Shown here in pieces: positions 35,493-44,005 of a DNA stretch of 64,000 nt (the first letter of the stretch is position 1; each line of letters opens with the position of its first letter). A program made the translations under genes and the position numbers. This DNA is from an uncultured bacterium (GTDB taxonomy: Bacteria; Patescibacteriota; Patescibacteriia; Patescibacteriales; UBA12465), in contig OW818634.1 in assembly GCA_942492765.1 (NCBI GenBank), forward strand, positions 281,159 to 345,158. The letters are read 5' to 3'. The notes below the pieces were generated by a model, which saw only the letters and a list, made by a program, of their open reading frames with translations, was not told the DNA's origin and did not search any database.

Positions 35493-38423
35493 TTAAATTT
35501 TCTTTATGCCTAGTTCTAATTTAATGCCATCAACCTTGATTTCTTTCTTGAATTCGGCTTTTATTTCCGAAACTATCTCTAAGGACGAAGACAAAGTATC
35601 GCGCTGAATGTCGGCGCTCATTTTTTTGATGTCTTCAGCCATAGCGGCCTCCGCTCCGGCGATGAAGATGGCGGCTTTGTCTTGCAAATTTAAGCCCGCG
35701 TCCTTGCGAAGCATGTTCACGAAGCGGATGATCTCGCGCTTAGTTCCCTCCAATTTAAGTTCGGGGGTGATATTCGTGTCTAGCTCGACTTCGATCTTCT
35801 CGGTCGCGACGACAGAAAAATCTATCTCTTGGATATTAAGCTCGTCAGTAATCAGGCTCAAATATTCCGGAGCTAAGATGCCGACGCCTTTAACGGTCAT
35901 CTTAGCTAGCATCTGGCGGATCTTGATTCCAGCCTCATCGCGCTTCGCCAAACCTAATTCGACCAAGCGGCGAGCCAAGGCCATCTTTTCCAAGACTGAA
36001 TCTTCTTCCTGCTTCTCATTTATTAATTCAATCGCTTCCGGCCAAGCTTCTAGATGCACTGATTGGCTCTCATTCTTAAAATCATTGCCAGTCGCTTTCT
36101 GCCAGAGATTTTCCGCCATAAACGGCATGAACGGCGCTATCAGCTTAGACAGCTCTGTTAAGATATATTTAGTGGTCGCTAAAGCCGCCTGCTTATCAGC
36201 TTCGTCCTCGGATTTGAAACGATCGCGGCTGCGGCGCAGATACCAAGTGGACAGTTCATCGATAAATTCCGTGATCGGACGCATCGCCTTTGGCAAACTA
36301 TAAGCTTCCAGAGCGTCAGTTATCTCCTTGACTAATAAATTCAATTTCTCCAATATCCATTGATCAAGGATGTTTTCGCTCTCGTTCGCCTTGATTTGAC
36401 CCTTCTCTTCGGCGGCGAACATCTCATAAAACTTATAAACGTTCCATAAGACCATTAAGTTCTTGCGCAGTGATTCCTGGACTCCGGCTTCGGAAAAATT
36501 AAGATTCTCGGCGGCCATAACCGGCGCCGCTGACAAATAGGCGCGTAAAGCATCGGAACCATATTTTTCCATCACGACCATCGGGTCCGGGTAATTTTTC
36601 AAGCGCTTAGACATCTTCTTGCCGTCTTCAGCCAGGACGATGCCGTTGGCAATGACGTTCTGAAAAGAATGGCAGCCGAAGATTCCACCGGCGATGACGT
36701 GCAAATAATAAAACCAAGCCCTAGTCTGATCGATGCCCTCGGCAATGAATTGCGCCGGAAAATTATTATCAAATCTCTCCTTATTTTCCATCGGATAATG
36801 CAACTGCGCGAACGGCATGGAGCCGGATTCAAACCAACAATCGAGCACGTCGGGGATGCGCCTCATCTCGCCGCCGCATTTCGGGCATTCGAAAGTTAAC
36901 GGATCAACCTTATCTTTATGAATGTCAGCAATCTTCTTGCCGGTCAGCTTCTCTAATTCCGCGACGCTGCCGATGACGTGGCGCTCGCCGCAAGCGCATT
37001 CCCAGATCGGAATAGCGCTTGCCCAAAAACGCTGGCGGGAGATTGACCAATCGCGCGCGCCTTCGAGCCAATTGCCGAAACGGCCTTCTTTAATATAATC
37101 AGGCGACCAATTGATATGCTTCGCGCTCTCTAATAATTGCTCTTTTATCTTCGTGACGCCGACGAACCAAGAAGAGGTCGCGTAATTTATCAACGGCGTG
37201 TCGCAACGCCAGCAATGCGGATAGCTATGTTCGTATTTAGCCTTAGAGAATAATAATCCGTTCTTCGCCAGATATTTTATGATTTCGACATCGGTAGAAG
37301 TATGGTCATCAAGCGGTTTGACGTGCAGTCCGAGAAAATCTTTCACTTCCGGCTTGAAAACGCCATCCATGCCGACATGCTGGACAAAGGGCAAATTATT
37401 AACCTTGCCGAGATTCATATCGTCTTCACCAAAAGCCGGCGCGATGTGAACGACGCCAGTGCCGTCAGTCGTGGTTACGAAATCTCCAGCATAGATCTTC
37501 CAGCCGTTAGCATGATTCTTTAAGGACTTATCGTCAGAGTAATAACTGAAAAGAGGCTTATAGGATTTACCGACAAGATCGGAGCCTTTAAGAGAGGCTG
37601 CGATTTCATAAGCCTGATCTTTAAAAACTTCAGCTAAGCGCTCTTTAGCAATAATATAATTAACACCAGCTGCTTTAATTTTTACATATTCAATCTCCTT
37701 CCCCACTGCTAACGCCACGTTACCGATCAAAGTCCAAGGCGTCGTCGTCCAAGCGAGAACGAAAGTTTCCGGCTCATCCAGCAATTCAAACTTAGCGATC
37801 ACCGATAAGTCCTTGATGTCGCGGTAGCCTTCGCTCACCTCCGACTGCGACAAAGTCGTTTCGCAGCGCGGACAGATATGCATGGAGCGATAATCCTTAT
37901 AGATCAAATCCTTATCCCAGAGCTGCTTGAAAGACCACCAAATAGAATCCATGAAATTAAGATCCATGGTCTTATAGGAATTATCCATATCGGCCCAGCG
38001 ACCGAGACGGCGGATGACCTTCTTCCATTCGTCAACATAAGTCATGACGCTAGCGCGACAAAGGTCATTGAATTTCCCGACGCCGAGCTCTTCAATTTCT
38101 TTCTTGGTCTTAGTGCCGAGCTGCTTCTCGACGATGTTTTCGACTGGCAAGCCGTGGCAATCCCAGCCCCATTTCCTGTCCACATGGAATCCCCGCATGG
38201 TCTGATAGCGCGGCACGATATCCTTCATGATGCTCGCGACTATGTGGCCGTAATGCGGCGTGCCAGTCGCGAAAGGAGGCCCATCGTAAAAGACATAGTC
38301 CCCCTTAGGCGCATCCTTCTCTAGGGTCTTATTAAAAATATCCGCCTTATCCCAAAAATCCAGGACAATTTCTTCCATGGCGGGAAAAGAGTTGGCATTT
38401 GGCGTCTTTTGTTCGTCAGACAT
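35493..38423 (-). CDS. ileS: Isoleucine--tRNA ligase, type 2 (eukaryote-like)
   Basis: 976 aa with FYDGPPFATGTPHYGHIVASIMKDIVPRY (HIGH region of the type 2 style), a CP1 editing domain (TTTPWTLIGN) and KMSKRLKNY. Confidence 0.9.
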   Translation of the reverse strand: MSDEQKTPNANSFPAMEEIVLDFWDKADIFNKTLEKDAPKGDYVFYDGPPFATGTPHYGHIVASIMKDIVPRYQTMRGFHVDRKWGWDCHGLPVENIVEKQLGTKTKKEIEELGVGKFNDLCRASVMTYVDEWKKVIRRLGRWADMDNSYKTMDLNFMDSIWWSFKQLWDKDLIYKDYRSMHICPRCETTLSQSEVSEGYRDIKDLSVIAKFELLDEPETFVLAWTTTPWTLIGNVALAVGKEIEYVKIKAAGVNYIIAKERLAEVFKDQAYEIAASLKGSDLVGKSYKPLFSYYSDDKSLKNHANGWKIYAGDFVTTTDGTGVVHIAPAFGEDDMNLGKVNNLPFVQHVGMDGVFKPEVKDFLGLHVKPLDDHTSTDVEIIKYLAKNGLLFSKAKYEHSYPHCWRCDTPLINYATSSWFVGVTKIKEQLLESAKHINWSPDYIKEGRFGNWLEGARDWSISRQRFWASAIPIWECACGERHVIGSVAELEKLTGKKIADIHKDKVDPLTFECPKCGGEMRRIPDVLDCWFESGSMPFAQLHYPMENKERFDNNFPAQFIAEGIDQTRAWFYYLHVIAGGIFGCHSFQNVIANGIVLAEDGKKMSKRLKNYPDPMVVMEKYGSDALRAYLSAAPVMAAENLNFSEAGVQESLRKNLMVLWNVYKFYEMFAAEEKGQIKANESENILDQWILEKLNLLVKEITDALEAYSLPKAMRPITEFIDELSTWYLRRSRDRFKSEDEADKQAALATTKYILTELSKLIAPFMPFMAENLWQKATGNDFKNESQSVHLEAWPEAIELINEKQEEDSVLEKMALARRLVELGLAKRDEAGIKIRQMLAKMTVKGVGILAPEYLSLITDELNIQEIDFSVVATEKIEVELDTNITPELKLEGTKREIIRFVNMLRKDAGLNLQDKAAIFIAGAEAAMAEDIKKMSADIQRDTLSSSLEIVSEIKAEFKKEIKVDGIKLELGIKKI

Positions 38424-38435
38424 ATAATTTAATGA

Positions 38436-38843
38436 TTAGCGTCGATTAAGATTACGGCTATTGGGATAGATATCCTCGTAAGGGTGGTTTACTTCATCAT
38501 CCCCACTCTTTTCCGGATTCAATTTTGCCGGATTTTCCATGCCTCCATCAACTGGGACAATCTTTTCAGCCGGCTTTCTATTTATTTTTATTCCAGTTTC
38601 TTTAGCCCGATACATGTGAGTCTGAGATTTCGGATAAATCTTCTTATCGCTCTTGAGTTTATGGCGACCACCTTCTTCCTCTTTCTTCTCCTGCTCAGCA
38701 ACCAGCTCGGCGGTCTTCTCCATCTCGGCCATCTCTTGCTGCTCCATAATTTCATCCGCCTTTTCCCGCTCTAATAATTCTTCAGAATTTTCTGAATCGG
38801 ATGAATCTATCGGCTTTGGCCATCTAAAAGTTTCAAAATTCAT
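38436..38843 (-). CDS. Hypothetical charged low-complexity protein
   Basis: 135-aa ORF rich in E/K, probably disordered, tightly spaced upstream of ileS. Whether it is coding is uncertain. Confidence 0.4.
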   Translation of the reverse strand: MNFETFRWPKPIDSSDSENSEELLEREKADEIMEQQEMAEMEKTAELVAEQEKKEEEGGRHKLKSDKKIYPKSQTHMYRAKETGIKINRKPAEKIVPVDGGMENPAKLNPEKSGDDEVNHPYEDIYPNSRNLNRR

Positions 38844-38875
38844 ATATAAGCGTATTAATCACTTTTTATTAATGT

Positions 38876-39400
38876 TTAAGCTTTTCTACTTTTGATGTGC
38901 TTACTAATCTCAGCAATCACCGACTCTTTGCCGGAATCATACTTAGAGTAGTCGTCAGCATAAAGGCTATATAAATATTTCTTAGTCGCAATATACAAAT
39001 CACGATCTTCTTTATTCCCCAATAGATGATTACGGAAAGCTAAAATATTATCTATCTCTTGATGCCCTTTTGGAAGAACATGAATACTGGCCAATCTTTC
39101 TCCTGCCGCATCGTCTTCGGTAAAATATTCTTCTCCTATACCAGTATAATTGCCGCGAGAACTAAATCGGGCAGTCTCCATCTTGGCTAGATTTTCTCGC
39201 AGTGCATCCAGATTATCGACTACGACCAAAACATCGATTTGCGGTTTAGCAATCATCCCTGGGATAGAGGTGCTGCCGACATGATAAATTTCTAAAACTA
39301 AATCTCCAAGAGCTCCAATAATCCGCTGTTTTTTATCCGCAAACCAGCTGGGCCATTCAGGGTTATATTCGACTAATTTGTAAGGACGGTGAATTTTCAT
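38876..39400 (-). CDS. GrpB family protein
   Basis: 174 aa with YNPEWPSWF and HVGSTSIPGMIAKPQIDVLVVV, typical of the GrpB/nucleotidyltransferase-like family. Confidence 0.8.
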   Translation of the reverse strand: MKIHRPYKLVEYNPEWPSWFADKKQRIIGALGDLVLEIYHVGSTSIPGMIAKPQIDVLVVVDNLDALRENLAKMETARFSSRGNYTGIGEEYFTEDDAAGERLASIHVLPKGHQEIDNILAFRNHLLGNKEDRDLYIATKKYLYSLYADDYSKYDSGKESVIAEISKHIKSRKA

Positions 39401-39410
39401 ATAAACTTAA

Positions 39411-40055
39411 TTACTTCCTGCAGCACTTCTTAAGCTGAACTGATGTCCCGTTCCTGCCGACTGCTTGAATCCAGTTCGTTCTCCCTGAGACGGATACATC
39501 GGAAAAAATAATTTCTAGCCCTAGGTCTGTAATATATTTTTCAATTTCAGATTGAGTGAAATAACTAAAAAATCTCTTATATTCATAGCCATAATCATTT
39601 TCGGTCTTTATCTCTTCCTCTACGCCCTTAACATGCGATTCTTTGACGGCTACATATAGATAGCCGCCCGGCTTTAACTTAGCTACCGCGTCACGCAGCC
39701 TGGCAAATACCTCTTTTTTAGGGACATGAAGCAATACTGCCTGCATGAATATCGCTTCAAAAGAATAATCCAATTTTCTAATATCTTCCAATGGCAAAGT
39801 GAAAAAAATACCATCTGGAGTTTCTTTTTTTGCAATTTCAATCATTTTTTCTGAAATATCAATCCCAACAACTCGTAATTTATTTTGGATAAAATATTTC
39901 GATTTTAACCCTCCAGCGCAACCAACATCCAGGACTAAATCTCCTGGCTTCAGCAAGGAAATAAATCTATTAGTTCCCTCGATCCACCAGTCATCAGCCA
40001 TGTGATCCTGGTGCCAGTCGGACGCGATTTTATTATAGGTTTCTTTTAAATCCAT
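39411..40055 (-). CDS. Class I SAM-dependent methyltransferase
   Basis: The probable start is the ATG at 40055 (MDLKETYNKIASDW), one nt after the secA stop; the track ORF extends to 40160 inside secA. SAM motif I is VLDVGCAGG. Confidence 0.8.
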   Translation of the reverse strand: MDLKETYNKIASDWHQDHMADDWWIEGTNRFISLLKPGDLVLDVGCAGGLKSKYFIQNKLRVVGIDISEKMIEIAKKETPDGIFFTLPLEDIRKLDYSFEAIFMQAVLLHVPKKEVFARLRDAVAKLKPGGYLYVAVKESHVKGVEEEIKTENDYGYEYKRFFSYFTQSEIEKYITDLGLEIIFSDVSVSGRTNWIQAVGRNGTSVQLKKCCRK

Positions 40056-40056
40056 A

Positions 40057-42789
40057 TTATTTCCCGCAACACTGCTTATACTTTTTCTCGCTGCCGCACG
40101 GGCACGGATCATTGCGGCCGACTTTCTCGCCGCTCTCGTCCTTGGCTTTCTCATGGACAAGATCAGTCGTATTGCGTCCGCTCGCTTCCTTATGCATCTC
40201 CTTGACCGCTCCGGTAAAATCTAATTTCTTCTCCGGAGCTTCAGCGAATAATTTCAGATCTGAAGACGCCGCCATCGTCAAAGCGTCAGCTGTCTTATAG
40301 ATAGAATAGACTACCTGGCGGCTGATGAGATCGTTCAATTCCTGATAAAGATGGTAAGCCTCTTTCTTATATTCGACGAGCGGATCGCGCTGGCCATAGC
40401 CGCGCAGGCCGATGCCGCGGCGCAGATAATCGACAGTTTCGAGATGCTCTACCCACATCTGATCGATAGAACGAATGAGCACGCCCTTCTCAACTTCCTT
40501 GAATTCGAGGTTGGCGGTCTTGAAGGTCGCATCCAAAGTCTGATATTTATTTTTCGCTTCCGTAATCAAGAGATTCAAGATCTCACTTCTCAGCTCATCC
40601 TTAGAGCGGCTGCTTTTTATGACCTCTTCCATGGGAGCCAGCATATCAGCGCCAGTCCAGATAGTGCGCATGGTTTCGGCAATTTCCTTGATATTCCATT
40701 CGGCCGCATTATCGGCAGCCGTATGAAAATTGACGACTTTGGCGATTTCAGCGTCAACCATCTCTAAGACGATATCACCCAAAGCGCGCGCTGGCTCAAT
40801 AGAGCCATCTTCCTTACCCTGCTCCGCTCTCACGCCCTCGGCAATCTCTAAGATTTCGCGGCGGCGGCGATAGATGCCTAGGCGATGCTTATTGATGACA
40901 TCATCATATTCCACTAAGTGCTTTCTGATATCGAAATTATTCCCTTCTACTTTCTTCTGCGCGCTTTCAATCGAACGGGAAATCATCTTATTCTCTATCG
41001 GCATATCAGCTGGGACTTTCAGAGTCTTCATCAATCCCTTCATGCGGTCGCCGCCGAAGATACGCATCAGATCGTCATCGGTCGAGACATAGAATTGGGA
41101 AGAGCCCGGGTCGCCTTGGCGGCCAGCGCGGCCGCGCAGCTGGTTATCGATGCGGCGCGATTCATGGCGCTCGGTACCGACGACATGCAAGCCGCCTAAA
41201 GCGCGGACTTCAGCCTGTTCAGTCTCTAGCGGCGGATTGCCGCCCAAGATTATATCGACGCCGCGGCCGGCCATGTTCGTCGCTAAAGTGATGGCGCCCT
41301 TACGTCCGGCCTGAGCGATGATCTCCGCTTCCTTCTGATGATTCTTGGCGTTTAACATCTGCGGGCGCAAGCCTTCGCGTTCCATGAGCTCCGCTAGCAC
41401 TTCATTCTTCTCGATTGAAATAGTACCGATCAGCACCGGCTGGCCTTTTTGGCTTCTCTCTTTAGTGTCGCGGATGACAGCCTGAAACTTATCCATTTCC
41501 GTGCGGTATATCAAATCATTCAAATCCTTACGGACATTCGGACGATTAGTCGGGATGATGATAGTCTCTAAATTATAAATCTTATGGAATTCCTCGGCTT
41601 CAGTCGCGGCCGTTCCAGTCATGCCGGATAATTTTGTATATAGGCGGAACAAATTCTGAAAAGTGATAGTCGCCATGGTCTGGGATTCTTTCTGGACCTT
41701 CACGCCTTCTTTCGCTTCAATCGCCTGATGCAAACCTTCGCTATAGCGGCGTCCGGGCATCAAGCGTCCGGTGAATTCGTCGACGATGATTATTTCTCCA
41801 TCTTTCACGACATAATCCTTATCGCGCTTGAACAAGACGCGCGCTTTCAAGGCCTGCTCGAGATGATGGACTTCCTTGACTCCGCCTTCGACATAGATAT
41901 TGCCGAGCCCGAGGATCTTCTCGACTTTGTTGATGCCGCCTTCGGTTAGGGTCGCGGCTCGCATCTTCTCATCGACGTTATAATCGTCATTCTCTTCCAA
42001 ACGTTCTACTATCTGGGCAAACTTGAAATATTTATCAGTCGATTCTTCGGCGGCAGCGCTGATGATAAGAGGCGTACGCGCTTCATCGATCAAGATGGAG
42101 TCGATCTCATCCACAATAGCGTAATGAAGCGGACGCTGGACAGCCTGATCCAGATTATAGACCATATTATCGCGCAGATAATCAAAACCGAATTCGTTAT
42201 TAGTGCCATAAGTGATGTCGCAAGCATAAGCCTCGCGGCGCGGGATCCTCTTGAAATGCTGCAAGCGCTCATCATACTGGCTCTCGTCGACATATTCCGG
42301 ATCATAACCATAAGCGATATCATGGACGATGACGCCGGTCGTGAGGCCCAAACTATGAAATACCGGAGCCATCCAGCCAGCGCCTAAGCGGGACAAGTAA
42401 TCATTAACGGTGATCAGGTGGACGCCTTTTCCAGCCAAAGCGTTAAGATATAGAGGCAACGTCGCAACCAAGGTCTTGCCTTCGCCAGTCTTCATTTCCG
42501 CAATCTGGCCGCGATGCAGCACAATACCGCCGATAAGCTGGACATCGAAATGGCGCTGGTTTAAGATACGGCGAGCGGCTTCGCGGATAGTAGCGTATGC
42601 TTCCGGCAAAAGGTCATCAAGAGTCTCGCCCTTGGCCAATCTCTCTTTGAATTTTGCGGTCTGCGCTTTCAGCTTTTCCGCATCCAGGGCCTGCAATTCC
42701 GGCTCAAAGCTGGCAATCTTATCGATCGTCGGCTTCATGGCTTTGACCATTTTTTCATTAGCGTCTCCAAATAGCTTAAAAATATTCAT
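40057..42789 (-). CDS. secA: Preprotein translocase ATPase SecA
   Basis: 910 aa with MKTGEGKTLVATLP, a DEAD-like DEIDSILIDEARTPLIIS, and the C-terminal zinc motif CPCGSEKKYKQCCG. Confidence 0.95.
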   Translation of the reverse strand: MNIFKLFGDANEKMVKAMKPTIDKIASFEPELQALDAEKLKAQTAKFKERLAKGETLDDLLPEAYATIREAARRILNQRHFDVQLIGGIVLHRGQIAEMKTGEGKTLVATLPLYLNALAGKGVHLITVNDYLSRLGAGWMAPVFHSLGLTTGVIVHDIAYGYDPEYVDESQYDERLQHFKRIPRREAYACDITYGTNNEFGFDYLRDNMVYNLDQAVQRPLHYAIVDEIDSILIDEARTPLIISAAAEESTDKYFKFAQIVERLEENDDYNVDEKMRAATLTEGGINKVEKILGLGNIYVEGGVKEVHHLEQALKARVLFKRDKDYVVKDGEIIIVDEFTGRLMPGRRYSEGLHQAIEAKEGVKVQKESQTMATITFQNLFRLYTKLSGMTGTAATEAEEFHKIYNLETIIIPTNRPNVRKDLNDLIYRTEMDKFQAVIRDTKERSQKGQPVLIGTISIEKNEVLAELMEREGLRPQMLNAKNHQKEAEIIAQAGRKGAITLATNMAGRGVDIILGGNPPLETEQAEVRALGGLHVVGTERHESRRIDNQLRGRAGRQGDPGSSQFYVSTDDDLMRIFGGDRMKGLMKTLKVPADMPIENKMISRSIESAQKKVEGNNFDIRKHLVEYDDVINKHRLGIYRRRREILEIAEGVRAEQGKEDGSIEPARALGDIVLEMVDAEIAKVVNFHTAADNAAEWNIKEIAETMRTIWTGADMLAPMEEVIKSSRSKDELRSEILNLLITEAKNKYQTLDATFKTANLEFKEVEKGVLIRSIDQMWVEHLETVDYLRRGIGLRGYGQRDPLVEYKKEAYHLYQELNDLISRQVVYSIYKTADALTMAASSDLKLFAEAPEKKLDFTGAVKEMHKEASGRNTTDLVHEKAKDESGEKVGRNDPCPCGSEKKYKQCCGK

Positions 42790-42989
42790 ATCATTAAAAT
42801 AATTTAGCCAAGATTACAAAAAATAAATCAAGCAAAATAGTTCTTTAGCTCTAACATTAGTATAATACGTATTTCCTATTAAATAAATATTGACTTAGCG
42901 ACAAAAAGATGATAAATCCGATTCTAAAAGACCCCGCTGCTAGCAAGGCCTTTTTTTATTAACCATTAGTCTATCTGACGAAAGCAGGA

Positions 42990-43964
42990 TCAATGAGCGC
43001 GATTATCAACTTCATATTTCGTATTCTGCGCTTCAAAAAAATTGACGAGCTCGAGCGTGTCGGTTTCCGTCGCCATCCATTGCGCCGGGTTAACGTCATG
43101 GAAATGCGCTTCAAAACCTAATTCCTCCAGGCGCCGATCAGCGACATAGCGGACATATTGGTTGACATAATTGGCGTTCACGCCGGCGATGCCGCGCGGA
43201 AAAAGATCCTGATTATAAGCATTCTCCAGGCTGACGCCTTCGATGATGATACTCTTGATCTCAGCGGCAAATTCCGTCGTCGCGATTTCCGGATTCTCTT
43301 CTAGAATAGTTAGGATGAGATTCAGGCCGAATTTCAGATGCAGACTCTCGTCGCGGACGACCCAATCGATCATCGACGCGAAATTCTTGAGCTGCTGCTT
43401 CTGACGAAAACTGAGCGCGACCATGAAGCCGCTGTAGAACCAGATGCCTTCCATAACTATATTGAAAGCGACTAAGTTACGGACCAGATCCTGCTTGCCG
43501 CCGACGCTCTCGATATCTAGGTTCTCAGTCATGCGGCCGAGATATTTAGCAATGAACGCTTCTTTGGCTCTGATCGAAGGCGTCTCGAGATGAACATTGA
43601 AAGCTTTTTCTTTATCGAGCGGAAAAGTTTCTAAGACATATTCGAAAGCCTGACAATGATTAGCTTCTTCCCACATCTGTTTCGCTAGATACAGGTGCGC
43701 TTCCGGCGCTTTCAGGTAAGGATAGACTCCTAGGGCCAAAGAACGATTGACGATCAGCTCAGACGGATTAAAGAAGCTCATCAGGAAACTGACGGCATGC
43801 TTCTCGTCGGCGCTCATCTTCTTAAAATCCTCCAGGTCTTCCCCGAGCGCGATCTCGTGCGGAAACCAGGTATTGGCGACAGCTTGATTATATAAGTCAT
43901 AAGCCCACTGATAGTGAATGGGGCGGAGATTCATGTCTCCTTCTAAAGGTTTTCCTAATATCAT
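42990..43964 (-). CDS. nrdB: Ribonucleotide reductase small subunit, class Ic-like (R2c: Phe at the radical-Tyr position)
   Basis: 324 aa. The ferritin-like metal motifs are FFNPSELIV, EEANHCQAF (E-x-x-H-x-x-x-F), MEGIWFYSGF and RDESLHLKF. Overall it strongly resembles my recollection of Chlamydia trachomatis R2. Confidence 0.85.
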   Translation of the reverse strand: MILGKPLEGDMNLRPIHYQWAYDLYNQAVANTWFPHEIALGEDLEDFKKMSADEKHAVSFLMSFFNPSELIVNRSLALGVYPYLKAPEAHLYLAKQMWEEANHCQAFEYVLETFPLDKEKAFNVHLETPSIRAKEAFIAKYLGRMTENLDIESVGGKQDLVRNLVAFNIVMEGIWFYSGFMVALSFRQKQQLKNFASMIDWVVRDESLHLKFGLNLILTILEENPEIATTEFAAEIKSIIIEGVSLENAYNQDLFPRGIAGVNANYVNQYVRYVADRRLEELGFEAHFHDVNPAQWMATETDTLELVNFFEAQNTKYEVDNRAH

Positions 43965-44005
43965 ATATTTAATTATTTAATCATTAATTTATTACGGCGA
44001 TCCGA

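Noticed and set aside
35608-36303. Long antisense ORFs inside well-supported genes. Examples are 231 aa opposite ileS, 166 aa at 9059-9559 opposite murC/murG, 165 aa at 16780-17277 opposite a GT4, 147 aa at 27829-28272 opposite mreB, and 138 aa at 48209-48625 opposite frr.
   Set aside because: Their translations are low-complexity (Ser/Ala/Arg/Leu-rich) with no motifs. They lie fully within genes that have strong family signatures on the other strand. Stop-free antisense frames are expected from codon periodicity. I saw no independent start signals.
40056-40160. A 35-codon N-terminal extension of the methyltransferase ORF overlaps the 3' end of secA. Similar upstream extensions occur for pfkB (26209-26280), the S8 protease (20641-20661), the surface protein (53014-53031) and the flippase (63777-63812).
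   Set aside because: The extensions are Arg/Ala-rich or hydrophobic junk. They start at non-ATG or poorly placed codons and overlap neighbouring genes. Internal ATGs give canonical family N-termini.
42886-42950. A plus-strand promoter-like TTGACT followed by a short region ending in GGCC plus a T-run could be a small RNA between secA and nrdB.
   Set aside because: The -10 candidate (TAAATC) is weak. The only convincing hairpin (ccttgct-agc-agcgggg with G-U pairs) forms on the minus strand, where it serves as the nrdAB terminator. The plus-strand version has C-A mismatches.
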